Source: Bacteroidales bacterium (lineage in GTDB: Bacteria; Bacteroidota; Bacteroidia; Bacteroidales; JBEPYD01). Taken from it: DNA of 43,945 bases. A program made the position numbers and the translations under genes. The stretch covers positions 1 through 43,945 of the forward strand of contig JBEPYD010000004.1 in the NCBI GenBank assembly GCA_041641575.1. The letters run 5' to 3'. Each line of letters starts with the position of its first letter. The stretch's first letter is position 1. The notes under the pieces were generated by a model. The model did no database searches. It worked only from the letters and a program-made list of their open reading frames with translations, and was not told where the DNA came from. This document shows positions 1 through 8,916 of this stretch, piece by piece.

Positions 1-115
1 TGAGTAAAGTAGCTGAAATTAGCAACAATGGAGCATTCCTTTGGTATATTTAAACTTATTACCTATTTTTAACACATTTATTTGTCGTATATTTATATAA
101 ACTTATATCTAATTT

Positions 116-1522
116 ATGATTCGGGTACTTTTCTTGTTCCACCTCATGTTAATGCTCTTTATTGACATGATATTTAATGGTGTAACAATAGATTTGAACA
201 CACCCACTGAAGTGAATGCAGGCGAAGAGTTTATTGTCTCTGTTACAGTTGACAAATCTTCGCTCAACAGCTTTGCCCGATTTCAGCAAAATTTACCTGC
301 CGGATTAAAAGCCTCAGCCATAGACCCTTCCGGCGGAGATTTTTCGTTTCAGGATAACCGTATCCGGCTTATATGGTTGCGCATGCCTGATGAACCTTCC
401 CTTACTATAACTTATAAAATATCTGTAGACCCACGCCTGACCGGAGACTTTACAATGGGTGGCCGGTTCTCATACATTGAGGATAACCAGCGTAAAAATA
501 TTGAAGTATCCCCCATAAATATTACAATAATACCTTCTCCGGATATTGATCCTGCACTTATTGTAGATGTTGACGAATTTGAACAAAAAGTTATCCCCGA
601 CCTTACGCCCGAATCTCTTGGTGAAGTATCTGCAGTGAGACAGGCGCCTTACCAACCTGTGGGTGAAGACGACTGGATTGTAAAAGTCCTTGTAAACAGG
701 GGCAACCAGAATAAGTTTGCAAAAATTGAAGAGAATATTCCAGCTGGATATACAGCCCTGAAAATGAATACCGAAAATGCCATATTCACTTTTAAAGATG
801 GTGTGGCTAAATTTTTATGGATGAATCTTCCATCCGATCCTTATTTCATCGTGTCATACAGGCTTGTTCCTGAAGATGAAAATGTGGCTGCCCCACCTGT
901 TATAACAGGAGAATTTTCTTATATAGAAGGGGACAAGACACGCGTAATAGATATTGTGCAAAAAGATGCCGACTTAGAAAATATGGACAGTGAAAGTCTT
1001 AGACAGTTACTTTACGACATGCCCGTAATTTTAAGTGAGAATGTCAGTAAAAATGAATCCCCAGCGCAGGGAAATACCACATCTGTGCCTGTACAGGAAA
1101 ATACAACACCTAAAAACACGGGTATACCTGCAGAAGCAAAGAATATCGAAAAGCAACAGCAGCGCCCAAAACCTGTTTACAGTAAAGTTACCGGAATTCC
1201 GGAAATACATGAACCTTATGTGTTACAACCTCGTGAAGGAGTAACCTACAGGGTGCAGGTGGCTGCAGGACATCGTCCGGTAAATATTGAACGCTATTTT
1301 GATAAATACAACCTGAACAACGATGTAAAAACGGAAGTACATGAGGGATGGCATAAATATTTGGTAGGTACCTTCAGCGAATATAAGGAAGCGCGCGATT
1401 ACAGGGTTCACATTTGGAATACCACTACCATAGAAGATGCATTTGTGGCAGCGTATAATTCCGGCGATCGCATCACTGTGCAGGAAGCACTTATGATTAC
1501 CAATCAAAAATGGTACAGGTAG
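116..1522 (+). CDS. SPOR domain-containing envelope protein with an internally duplicated N-terminal module
   Basis: 468-aa ATG ORF. The C-terminal ~80 aa (YRVQVAAGHRPVNIERYF...GWHKYLVGTFSEYKEARDYRVHI...AFVAAY) look like a SPOR peptidoglycan-binding domain. Residues ~25-135 and ~175-285 are visibly paralogous (LPAGLKASAI..IRLIWLRMP..ITYKISV..GRFSYIEDNQRK vs IPAGYTALKM..AKFLWMNLP..VSYRLVP..GEFSYIEGDKTR). A low-complexity Q/N/P/T linker sits in between. Confidence 0.6.
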   Translation: MIRVLFLFHLMLMLFIDMIFNGVTIDLNTPTEVNAGEEFIVSVTVDKSSLNSFARFQQNLPAGLKASAIDPSGGDFSFQDNRIRLIWLRMPDEPSLTITYKISVDPRLTGDFTMGGRFSYIEDNQRKNIEVSPINITIIPSPDIDPALIVDVDEFEQKVIPDLTPESLGEVSAVRQAPYQPVGEDDWIVKVLVNRGNQNKFAKIEENIPAGYTALKMNTENAIFTFKDGVAKFLWMNLPSDPYFIVSYRLVPEDENVAAPPVITGEFSYIEGDKTRVIDIVQKDADLENMDSESLRQLLYDMPVILSENVSKNESPAQGNTTSVPVQENTTPKNTGIPAEAKNIEKQQQRPKPVYSKVTGIPEIHEPYVLQPREGVTYRVQVAAGHRPVNIERYFDKYNLNNDVKTEVHEGWHKYLVGTFSEYKEARDYRVHIWNTTTIEDAFVAAYNSGDRITVQEALMITNQKWYR

Positions 1523-1593
1523 GATTAAAACCATGTAACGAATTGCATGAACACACGTAATTGTTTTAACAAAGGTTAAACTTGTAAGCTTAA

Positions 1594-2961
1594 ATGAAAT
1601 TTATAAATCTCACATATAAACTCATCATTTTTCTACTTCTTATTGGGAGTTCTTCTGGTTTATGGGCACAAGAGGATTTTTACGAAGACCTTTTGAATGA
1701 AGAGGTTGAAGTTGAAAACCCGGTGTACAAACCTGTAATTGGTGGAGGAATCGGTTCACTTGTGTTTTATGGAGACGTAAAAAACAATTTTAATAATCCG
1801 GTGCTTGGCAAGGCCGCGTATAAAATAAACGTTTCCACCTACCTGGATAACCGGCATTTTTTCAAAACAAATTTCTTTCTGCTTTATGGCGTGCTCAATG
1901 GGAATGAACGCTCTTTTGAGAACACTGCACGAAACCTGAACTTTGAAACAGATCTAATTGCATTTGGAATTAATGTAAATTATGATTTCAGGCACCTTAT
2001 CAAAGGAGAACGTTTGGTTCGTCCTTTTGTATCTGTGGGTGTTGAGAACATTCAGTTCAATTCCAAATCAGATTTAATAAATTCCAACGGTACTTTTTAT
2101 AATTACTGGTCTGATGGCACCATTCGTGATGTTCCGGAAGGTTCGGGAGTGGAAAGCAACATCATTTCCCGCGATTACATTTACGAATCTGACCTTCGTG
2201 AACTGGATCTGTACGGGCTGGGAAATTATTCGCAAAATACATTTGCCATACCTGTAGAGGCAGGTTTTGATTTTTCACTTTCTGACCGTGTGGTATTGCG
2301 ACTGGGAACATCCCTGCACTTTACCCTTACAGACCTTCTTGATAATGTAACCAGCCAAAACCAGGGAGGATTAGTACTGGGAGATGATAAAAATGATAAA
2401 TTTGGTTATTCTTATGTTACCCTGCATCTCGATCTTTTCTCCGATGCTGAAACCATCCTTGTGGAAAAAATGTTTGCCAACCTGGAAGGTTTCGATTATA
2501 CCATGTATGGCGATGAGGATAATGACCTCGTGTATGATGGCTGGGATGAATGCCCGATGACTCCCAAAGGTGTGGCAGTTGATACATTGGGTTGTCCATT
2601 TGATACTGACAACGATGGCATTTACGACTATGAAGATAATGAAGTAAATTCCAGGCCAGGTGCTTACGTAAACGAGAATGGTGTAGAAATTACTGAGGAT
2701 GAGGTTATTGCCCGCCTTGACCAGTCGATGGCAGTGAACCGTGAAGATGTTGATAAATATATTCTCAAAAATGTAGGCTTCAGCACCTTAAACCGAAGCA
2801 ATATTCCTATCCCCACAAAATTCAAGTCCCTTGATGAGGACGAGGATGAGTACATCTCTTATGAAGAAATGCTTCGGGCTATTGACAGATTTTTTGATTT
2901 CGAATCAACACTCACAACTGAGGAAATATACGAACTGAATGATTTCTTCTTTCAGCAATAA
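1594..2961 (+). CDS. Outer-membrane beta-barrel protein with thrombospondin type-3-like Ca-binding repeats and a C-terminal EF-hand-like loop
   Basis: 455 aa. Signal peptide MKFINLTYKLIIFLLLIGSSSGLWAQ. About 260 aa of alternating-pattern, aromatic-rich sequence typical of porin-like barrels. Then DEDNDLVYDGWDECP...DTDNDGIYDYEDNE (TSP3-type D-x-D-x-D-G repeats) and DEDEDEYISYEEMLRAIDRFFD (EF-hand-like). Confidence 0.6.
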   Translation: MKFINLTYKLIIFLLLIGSSSGLWAQEDFYEDLLNEEVEVENPVYKPVIGGGIGSLVFYGDVKNNFNNPVLGKAAYKINVSTYLDNRHFFKTNFFLLYGVLNGNERSFENTARNLNFETDLIAFGINVNYDFRHLIKGERLVRPFVSVGVENIQFNSKSDLINSNGTFYNYWSDGTIRDVPEGSGVESNIISRDYIYESDLRELDLYGLGNYSQNTFAIPVEAGFDFSLSDRVVLRLGTSLHFTLTDLLDNVTSQNQGGLVLGDDKNDKFGYSYVTLHLDLFSDAETILVEKMFANLEGFDYTMYGDEDNDLVYDGWDECPMTPKGVAVDTLGCPFDTDNDGIYDYEDNEVNSRPGAYVNENGVEITEDEVIARLDQSMAVNREDVDKYILKNVGFSTLNRSNIPIPTKFKSLDEDEDEYISYEEMLRAIDRFFDFESTLTTEEIYELNDFFFQQ

Positions 2962-3102
2962 TAATTTGCTGGTTTCAAGAAAACTCCAACTCTTCGATAC
3001 GCTTGCCATAAAAAATGCTCATTTGTATAAGTATACATTGCTTTTCTATGGGTGAAGCTTTGAATTTATAATTTTTCAAGCGCCCGTAAATTCTTTCACA
3101 TA

Positions 3103-3681
3103 CTATTTAAAGCCTGTTCGTTCATATTCTTTTCCTGCAAGGGTAATTTCTTTTGCAAATTCATCTCCGAACTTTCGCTTTAAAGCATCATTCACAAAAA
3201 CATATAATGGCACATCCTCTGCTGCTCCTTTTTTAAGCGCAGGCTTGCAGAGTTCCCATCTATCGTAATTAACAGCAGTAAATTTCGAATATTTTTTCAC
3301 CCTTACGGGATACAGGTGACAGGAAACCGGTTTCTGAAAACTTATTTTACCAGCCATCCATGCCTTTTCAATGGAGCAGCGGGCAATTCCATTCTCATAA
3401 ATGGCAAACGCACATGCTTTGCCATCTATCAACATGGTTACTTTATCCCCATCGCTATCTATATAATAATGGCTGTTGTTTTCAATTGCTTCAATGCCTT
3501 CCTTGAGCATAAATGGCTTTACATCAGGCAGAATTTCTTTAATAATATCCACTTCATCATCCTCCAGCGGGGCACCCGAATCGCCCTGAACACAACATGC
3601 TCCTTTGCATTTCTCCACATCGCAAACAAACTTCTTGCGTAATATATCAAATCCAACTATTTTGTCACCTATCTGGAGCAT
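3103..3681 (-). CDS. DUF3109 family cysteine-rich protein
   Basis: 192 aa. The N-terminus MLQIGDKIVGFDILRKKFVCDVEKCKGACCVQGDSGAPLEDDEV, with its C-x4-C-x3-CC cluster and further conserved Cys residues, matches my recollection of Bacteroidota DUF3109 proteins. Function unknown. Confidence 0.6.
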   Translation of the reverse strand: MLQIGDKIVGFDILRKKFVCDVEKCKGACCVQGDSGAPLEDDEVDIIKEILPDVKPFMLKEGIEAIENNSHYYIDSDGDKVTMLIDGKACAFAIYENGIARCSIEKAWMAGKISFQKPVSCHLYPVRVKKYSKFTAVNYDRWELCKPALKKGAAEDVPLYVFVNDALKRKFGDEFAKEITLAGKEYERTGFK

Positions 3682-3710
3682 TGGGAACTATCTTTTTTAA
3701 TGTGAGTTTC

Positions 3711-4691
3711 TTATACTTCTATTTCTTTAACCTGCATGCCAGGCTTAATGTTATTTTGATAAATGGAATCGATGATAAAAAACGGGCGCTTTTTAACTTC
3801 AAAATAAATACGCCCAATGTATTCACCGATAATTCCAAGCATAATTAACATCACTCCGCCCAGAAAAAACATTCCTACCGCCAAGGTAGCAAGTCCGGGG
3901 GTATCAGCCGGCGAATAACCGAATATTTTAAATCCAATCAGCCGGTGAAAGATAAAGAATATCCCCAGGATAAAAGAGGGAATGGCAATTACTATACCCA
4001 CATATGTGGCAAGCCGCAAAGGAAATGTTGAAAAGCCGAACAGCCCATCGAGGGCAAGCCCCAACAATTTGCTAAAGGTATATTTTTCTTTGCCCGCAGC
4101 CCTTCCGGCTCTTTCGTATTTTATGCCTACTTGCTTGTATCCGGCGTAAGCCCTTAATCCACGGACAAACCGCAATTGCTCAGGCATCTCTCGTGTAAGC
4201 GTATTAACCACTTTACGGTCCATCACACAAAAATCGCCGGAATCAAGCGGGATTTTAATATCGCTTATTAAGTTCAAAATGCGATAAAATGATGCATATC
4301 CGGCCCGTTTGAATATATTCTCCTTACGTTTTGTGCGTATGGCATACACAACTTCATAGCCTTCCCGCCATTTTTCCAGAAATCGCGGCAACTCTTCCGG
4401 TGGATCCTGCAGGTCACCATCCATAATAATTACTGCATCGCCAAGTGAAACAGATATACCGGCAGATATAGCAGCCTGATGCCCAAAATTTCTTGACAGG
4501 CTTACAATCCTGAAATGAGAGTCCTTTTCTGCAATATCTTTCATCATTTTTGCAGAATCATCTGAGGAACCATCATCTACAAGGATAACCTCATAATCTT
4601 CTAACCATAAGGGTGCAGCACCTTTTAGGCGCTTGTAGAGGTGCGCTAGGTTTTCCTGCTCATTATAAATGGGAATAACAATGCTAATCAT
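3711..4691 (-). CDS. Family 2 glycosyltransferase, GtrB/ArnC/DPM1-like polyprenyl-phosphate sugar transferase
   Basis: 326 aa. GT-A signatures IVIPIYNE, ILVDDGSSDDS, IMDGDLQDPP, followed by two C-terminal hydrophobic helices (ATYVGIVIAIPSFILGIFFIF; LAVGMFFLGGVMLIMLGIIGEYI). Its ATG overlaps the stop of the upstream gene by 8 nt. Confidence 0.8.
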   Translation of the reverse strand: MISIVIPIYNEQENLAHLYKRLKGAAPLWLEDYEVILVDDGSSDDSAKMMKDIAEKDSHFRIVSLSRNFGHQAAISAGISVSLGDAVIIMDGDLQDPPEELPRFLEKWREGYEVVYAIRTKRKENIFKRAGYASFYRILNLISDIKIPLDSGDFCVMDRKVVNTLTREMPEQLRFVRGLRAYAGYKQVGIKYERAGRAAGKEKYTFSKLLGLALDGLFGFSTFPLRLATYVGIVIAIPSFILGIFFIFHRLIGFKIFGYSPADTPGLATLAVGMFFLGGVMLIMLGIIGEYIGRIYFEVKKRPFFIIDSIYQNNIKPGMQVKEIEV

Positions 4692-6006
4692 TCAGCCAGA
4701 TATTAATAATTTGAACTGTATCCCTTGCTTTCTCAATACCATTTGACACCTGCCTGTCATTGGGATAAATTTGTGCCATAGTACAAACATACAAATTGTC
4801 TGCGGGAGTTGTAACATCAGGCACCAGCTTTTTGTAACCCGTTTGCACAACCGGCTGTGTATAAGGAGCTCTCCATATCTTTGAATGGTTAATGAAGCTC
4901 TCGTCAAAATGGGGGAACATTTTTTTTATGTGTGGCATATAATATTCCAGCAAAGTCTGTTCGTCCATTGTTAACCTGGCATCACCAGGAGGTACATAGG
5001 TTGAAATATACACCAGGTGGTTTCCTCCATACTCTGCACGATCCACCCAGTTTGTTTGTTCTATGATACCTACAAAAGGAGCATCAGGGTCAGTAACATT
5101 GCTCCAGTAAAATGAAGAAAGCGTCCGGTTGAGTTCCATCACCAGGCAAACATTAGATAAAAACTTGATCCTATCGAGCTGTTCTCTATACGCTTTCAGT
5201 GAGTCAGGTAATATTTTAACGAGATCGGGGGTTTGCACTGCACTTACCACCAGGTCTGTTTCCAATACATCACCATTTACCTGAATTTTATCAATCCGGC
5301 CGTGATCATTTGTAAATATTTTTTCCACCGCGGCACCAAAATGTACCTCATGTCCGTCTGCTATCAAATTTTCTGATATCTTTTCGAATATCTGCCCAAG
5401 CCCCCCACTCAGATACCCCAGCATTTCAAATCCGCCTTTTCCACGAGAGCTGCCACGATCTACAAATTTAGACCAAATCCATGCGGCGGAAACTTCGTTG
5501 GCATAAATGCCAAACTTCCCTTTCAATAAAGGCGCCCACACAGTTTCATAAACTCTTTTTCCGGCAGCACCAATTATATAATCGCGCGCAGTAATTTCAT
5601 CAAGTTGTTCCCATTTTTTTACCCGGCGGGCTTTTAAAACCATCAACCCCATACGTATGCGGTCCAGAAAGGGCAGCGGCTTGAATTTTAATAAATCAAA
5701 GGGCGATGACAATCTGTAGGGCTGGCTGTAATAGTATGAGCCTGTAGCGGCAGGCTTCCATTCAAGTTGCTCAGATAAACCGAGCTCATTGATCAAGTGA
5801 ATTAATGCCTTATCACCAGTAAAAATATGATGGTAAAATTTTTCCACCAGTACATCTTCGGAAAATTTAAAAGTACCGGCCAAACCTCCCGGAGTATCTG
5901 CTTTTTCCCATACCCGTATTCGGATGTTCCTGTTCGTCTGAGATAAATACCATGCAGTGGCTAAGCCACTAATTCCGGCGCCGGCAATGTCTACAATTTT
6001 TCTCAC
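4684..6006 (-). CDS. NAD(P)/FAD-dependent oxidoreductase (amine-oxidase / phytoene-desaturase / protoporphyrinogen-oxidase-like fold)
   Basis: The N-terminal dinucleotide-binding motif (V/M)RKIVDIAGAGISGLATAWYL...RVWEKADTPGGL is typical of the FAD amine-oxidase superfamily. I place the start at GTG 6006, which puts GxGxxG at the N-terminus. The ORF-track start (TTG 6060) lies in the loop of the rpmH terminator hairpin. Confidence 0.7.
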   Translation of the reverse strand: MRKIVDIAGAGISGLATAWYLSQTNRNIRIRVWEKADTPGGLAGTFKFSEDVLVEKFYHHIFTGDKALIHLINELGLSEQLEWKPAATGSYYYSQPYRLSSPFDLLKFKPLPFLDRIRMGLMVLKARRVKKWEQLDEITARDYIIGAAGKRVYETVWAPLLKGKFGIYANEVSAAWIWSKFVDRGSSRGKGGFEMLGYLSGGLGQIFEKISENLIADGHEVHFGAAVEKIFTNDHGRIDKIQVNGDVLETDLVVSAVQTPDLVKILPDSLKAYREQLDRIKFLSNVCLVMELNRTLSSFYWSNVTDPDAPFVGIIEQTNWVDRAEYGGNHLVYISTYVPPGDARLTMDEQTLLEYYMPHIKKMFPHFDESFINHSKIWRAPYTQPVVQTGYKKLVPDVTTPADNLYVCTMAQIYPNDRQVSNGIEKARDTVQIINIWLND

Positions 6007-6033
6007 TTTAGTATATGCTTTAGAGACCGCTAC

Positions 6034-6072
6034 AAACAAAAATAGGGCAACTTGCAGCAAGCTCCCCTATTT
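6034..6072 (-). terminator. Rho-independent terminator after rpmH
   Basis: The minus strand reads AAATAGGGGAGCTTGCTGCAAGTTGCCCTATTTTTGTTTG. There is an 8-bp outer stem AAATAGGG/CCCTATTT, additional inner pairs, then a T-rich run. It starts 21 nt after the rpmH stop codon. Confidence 0.6.
6037..6044 (-). promoter_or_regulatory. Candidate Bacteroidota -7 box (TATTTTTG) for the oxidoreductase-GT2-DUF3109 unit
   Basis: The minus strand reads TATTTTTG, matching the TAnnTTTG -7 consensus of Bacteroides-type primary-sigma promoters. It lies 30 nt upstream of the GTG at 6006 and is embedded in the 3' arm and T-run of the rpmH terminator. Confidence 0.3.
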
Positions 6073-6092
6073 ATATTCGTCAACAATATTTT

Positions 6093-6248
6093 CTATTTTT
6101 TTCTCATCTCGTCTGAAACGGTAAGTCTTTTTCTTCCTTTTGCCCGGCGCGAAGCAAGTACTTTACGACCATTTGCCGAGGACATTCTCTCTCTGAAACC
6201 GTGCTTATTTTTTCTTTTTCTGTTGGATGGTTGAAATGTTCTTTTCAC
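6093..6248 (-). CDS. rpmH: 50S ribosomal protein L34
   Basis: Not in the supplied track (51 aa). My translation of the minus strand is (GTG)[51 protein letters not shown], the near-universal L34 sequence. An in-frame TAA lies 7 codons upstream of the GTG with no ATG between. Confidence 0.9.
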   Translation of the reverse strand: MKRTFQPSNRKRKNKHGFRERMSSANGRKVLASRRAKGRKRLTVSDEMRKK

Positions 6249-6314
6249 AATAGTAAGTTTATAATGATTATACCTTTATTTTTTATGGTGCTTTATAATT
6301 TCTTTTCAGGAATG

Positions 6315-6349
6315 CAAAGGTAATGCTTTTTTTATTTTTTGCAAAAATA
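6315..6349 (-). promoter_or_regulatory. Two candidate -7 boxes upstream of rpmH
   Basis: The minus strand reads TACCTTTG (6322->6315) and TATTTTTG (6349->6342), both fitting TAnnTTTG. A TTG (plus-strand CAA 6371-6373) lies 21 nt upstream of the distal box. Confidence 0.3.
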
Positions 6350-6385
6350 CGTATAATAATATCTTGATTACAATTAGTTTACTCT

Positions 6386-7021
6386 CTACACTGGCAGGTA
6401 TATAATTTTCTTTGTTTTAAAGAAATCCTCGTGGTAATAATCTGATATATCCGTAACCAGAACTTTTGGCTTAAAACGTTGAATTTCTTCTGAAAATTCA
6501 CCCCCCTTTAAATAAATAATTCCATTTTTCTTAGGGTTTTCATTCCCGGGTCGAATTTTCTTTTTTATAAGATTATAAAAAGCAGGGAAAGCAGTTACTG
6601 CCCTGCTAACAACAAAATCAAATTGTGCATCTACTTTTTCGGCACGGGCTACCACCGGGAAAACATTATCCAGTGTAAGCTGCTCTTTAATTTCCGTAAC
6701 AACCCGAATTTTTTTCGCTATGGAGTCTACAAGGTAAAACTTTACTGAAGGAAAAAGTATTGCCAGCGGTACACCTGGAAAACCACCGCCAGTGCCTGCA
6801 TCCATAACAAGCGTTCCGGGAATAAATTGTATAAACTTAGCAATCGCAAGAGAATGTAATACATGATGCTCATAGAGGGCATCAATGTCTTTGCGGGAAA
6901 TTACATTAATTTTTTCATTCCACAATTTATATAGCTCGCCAAGTTCACCAAATTGTTGTACCTGTTTATCAGTAAGCGAAGGAAAGTAATGCTGTAGAAT
7001 GATATTCCCTGAAGATTCCAA
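6386..7021 (-). CDS. rsmG: 16S rRNA (guanine527-N7)-methyltransferase RsmG (GidB)
   Basis: 211 aa. Motifs YKLWNEKINVISRKDIDALYEHHVLHSL and SAM-binding site MDAGTGGGFPGVPLAI, with length and order typical of RsmG. It starts at TTG, 5 nt after the sigma-factor stop, with no in-frame ATG nearby. Confidence 0.85.
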   Translation of the reverse strand: MESSGNIILQHYFPSLTDKQVQQFGELGELYKLWNEKINVISRKDIDALYEHHVLHSLAIAKFIQFIPGTLVMDAGTGGGFPGVPLAILFPSVKFYLVDSIAKKIRVVTEIKEQLTLDNVFPVVARAEKVDAQFDFVVSRAVTAFPAFYNLIKKKIRPGNENPKKNGIIYLKGGEFSEEIQRFKPKVLVTDISDYYHEDFFKTKKIIYLPV

Positions 7022-7026
7022 ACTGT

Positions 7027-7629
7027 TTAAATCTTGCTGCTGGTATTTTTTAAGATATTGAAAAGCAACTCTCTTGCTCTGAAAAGCTGTGCCTTAACTG
7101 TACCAATGGGTAATTCAAGTTCTTCGGCAATTTCTTCATAAGAAAATTCTTTAAAATAACGCAACTCAATCAGCCTGCGGTATCGTGGTTTTAGTTTAGA
7201 AACCACAGAACGCATCATTTTAACCTTTTGCTGATTAATGTAATGCTCCTCGGGATCAGGGGTTGTTGCCTGAATGGTAATGGTGACATTATCCGGATCA
7301 TCCTGCGATTGTTCAATAGAAACATGACTGCCCCGTTTTTTACGAATGAAATCGATACAGTTGTTTGTAGCTATTTTGAACAACCAGGTACTAAAGGCAT
7401 AATTCGGCGCATACTGATGTATGTTTTTAAAGGCCTTCCCAAAAGCTTCAATGGTAAGATCTTCAGCATCACTGGAATTATTGACCATTTTCAGCAGCAT
7501 AAAATATATGGCGTCACGATACCGATCCATTAAATCTGCATAGGCTTTTTGATCACCATCAATTGCCTTAAGAACTAACTGGTAATCAAGTTGTGCCTTA
7601 TCCGATAAGTTGTTTGTATTTACCTCCAT
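7027..7629 (-). CDS. RNA polymerase sigma-70 family factor, ECF-like (regions 2 and 4)
   Basis: 200 aa. Region 2 (DAEDLTIEAFGKAFKNIHQY...FSTWLFKIATNNCIDFIRKK) and region 4 HTH (YRRLIELRYFKEFSYEEIAEELELPIGTVKAQLFRARELL). No adjacent anti-sigma candidate. Overlaps the upstream GT2 gene by 10 nt. Confidence 0.8.
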   Translation of the reverse strand: MEVNTNNLSDKAQLDYQLVLKAIDGDQKAYADLMDRYRDAIYFMLLKMVNNSSDAEDLTIEAFGKAFKNIHQYAPNYAFSTWLFKIATNNCIDFIRKKRGSHVSIEQSQDDPDNVTITIQATTPDPEEHYINQQKVKMMRSVVSKLKPRYRRLIELRYFKEFSYEEIAEELELPIGTVKAQLFRARELLFNILKNTSSKI

Positions 7630-8765
7630 GTAGTGTTTTTTCTGCCAGCGATATTTAAAACCATCAAAAATAGACCAATTAATGGATAAAGAATATCATA
7701 TACCAGCGAAATTAATAATAATTTTTTTTCATTCAAACGTTTAAGGTTCAAATAGTGTGTAAATAATTGTATCATCAAACGAACAAAAAATAATGATAAA
7801 ACGGGTAAAACATACAAATTTTTGATGAGGAAATATATAATGCCTGCGTAAAAAAGCATTCTTGAAAAAGGTTCAAGTGCGAGAAAGAATTTATGAAAAC
7901 TATTGTAATATTTTGCGGTAGTATAATGCCGGCGTTTTTGAATAAACCAATTGCGGAAGCTCTGCTTAGCCTGTGATATAGTATGCGCTTCGGGGCGAAG
8001 TTCAATAACTGTATTTTGCTTTGTAGCTACTTCCTTAATAAAAAGATCATCATCCCCTGATGCCAGTGCATGATGACTGGCAAAACCTTTATTTTGAAAA
8101 AACAGCTTTCTGGTATAACAAAGGTTTCGGCCTACTCCCATATATGGTCTTCCAAACGAAGCAAATCCGAAATAATGCAATGCAATAAAAAATGTATCAA
8201 AGCGAATTATTTTATTTAAAAAACCGGGTTTTTGCTCATATCTTCCATAACCCAAAACGACTTTACGGGTCTCTGAGAAATTGGAAGCCATTAATTCCAG
8301 CCAGTTTTTCCCCGCTGGGTAGCAATCAGCATCGGTTAGTAAAAGATGGTCGTTTTTGGCAGCTTTTATGCCAATGGTTAAAGCCAGCTTCTTCCCGTGC
8401 TTAAACTTATAGTCTTCTCTGATAAATGTGGATTTTAAGTGTGGATATTTATTTCTCAGGCGTATGAGCACTTCTTCTGTGTCATCTGCAGAGCAATCGT
8501 CTACCACCACTACTTCAAAATCTTTATATGCCTGCTCAAGGATTAACGGCAGATTTTTTTCAAGGTTCCTGGCTTCATCCCGCGCTGCTATTACAATTGA
8601 AACAGGTATTTTTTCCCGCAAGGTTATTTTGGTTTGTGCTTTCCGATAAACACGCAGGTATAAAAAAAGGTAATATGAGAGCTGTATGAGAGTTGCCAAC
8701 AGCAAACCATAGAAGATGTAGGTGTTATATGTCCAAAAATCAAGTGGGAAAATAAATTCCATCAT
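7620..8765 (-). CDS. Membrane-anchored family 2 glycosyltransferase
   Basis: GT-A signatures VSIVIAARDE, VVVDDCSADDT, LLLTDADC. One N-terminal and several C-terminal hydrophobic helices. The track start at 8783 is TTG. I prefer the tandem ATG ATG at 8765/8762 (MMEFIFPL...). Confidence 0.7.
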   Translation of the reverse strand: MMEFIFPLDFWTYNTYIFYGLLLATLIQLSYYLFLYLRVYRKAQTKITLREKIPVSIVIAARDEARNLEKNLPLILEQAYKDFEVVVVDDCSADDTEEVLIRLRNKYPHLKSTFIREDYKFKHGKKLALTIGIKAAKNDHLLLTDADCYPAGKNWLELMASNFSETRKVVLGYGRYEQKPGFLNKIIRFDTFFIALHYFGFASFGRPYMGVGRNLCYTRKLFFQNKGFASHHALASGDDDLFIKEVATKQNTVIELRPEAHTISQAKQSFRNWFIQKRRHYTTAKYYNSFHKFFLALEPFSRMLFYAGIIYFLIKNLYVLPVLSLFFVRLMIQLFTHYLNLKRLNEKKLLLISLVYDILYPLIGLFLMVLNIAGRKNTTWR

Positions 8766-8892
8766 AATAGAAAAATTACGCAATTTTAAAACAAATTTTT
8801 CTCATTTGCACTTTCCTGATGATGACTTAAATCAATTTTTGTAAACCCTGTTTTCCTTTTCAGGTATCTTCTTATCTTCTGTTCAGAATGCT

Positions 8893-8900
8893 TATCTTTG
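8893..8900 (+). promoter_or_regulatory. Candidate -7 box TATCTTTG for tgt-lptF/G
   Basis: Exact TAnnTTTG match 17 nt upstream of the tgt start codon, implying a very short leader. Confidence 0.35.
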
Positions 8901-8916
8901 CCGGAAAAAATTATAG

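Noticed and set aside
6052-6234. 60-aa plus-strand ORF listed in the track
   Set aside because: It is the antisense shadow of the unmistakable L34 gene (6248->6093) and its terminator hairpin.
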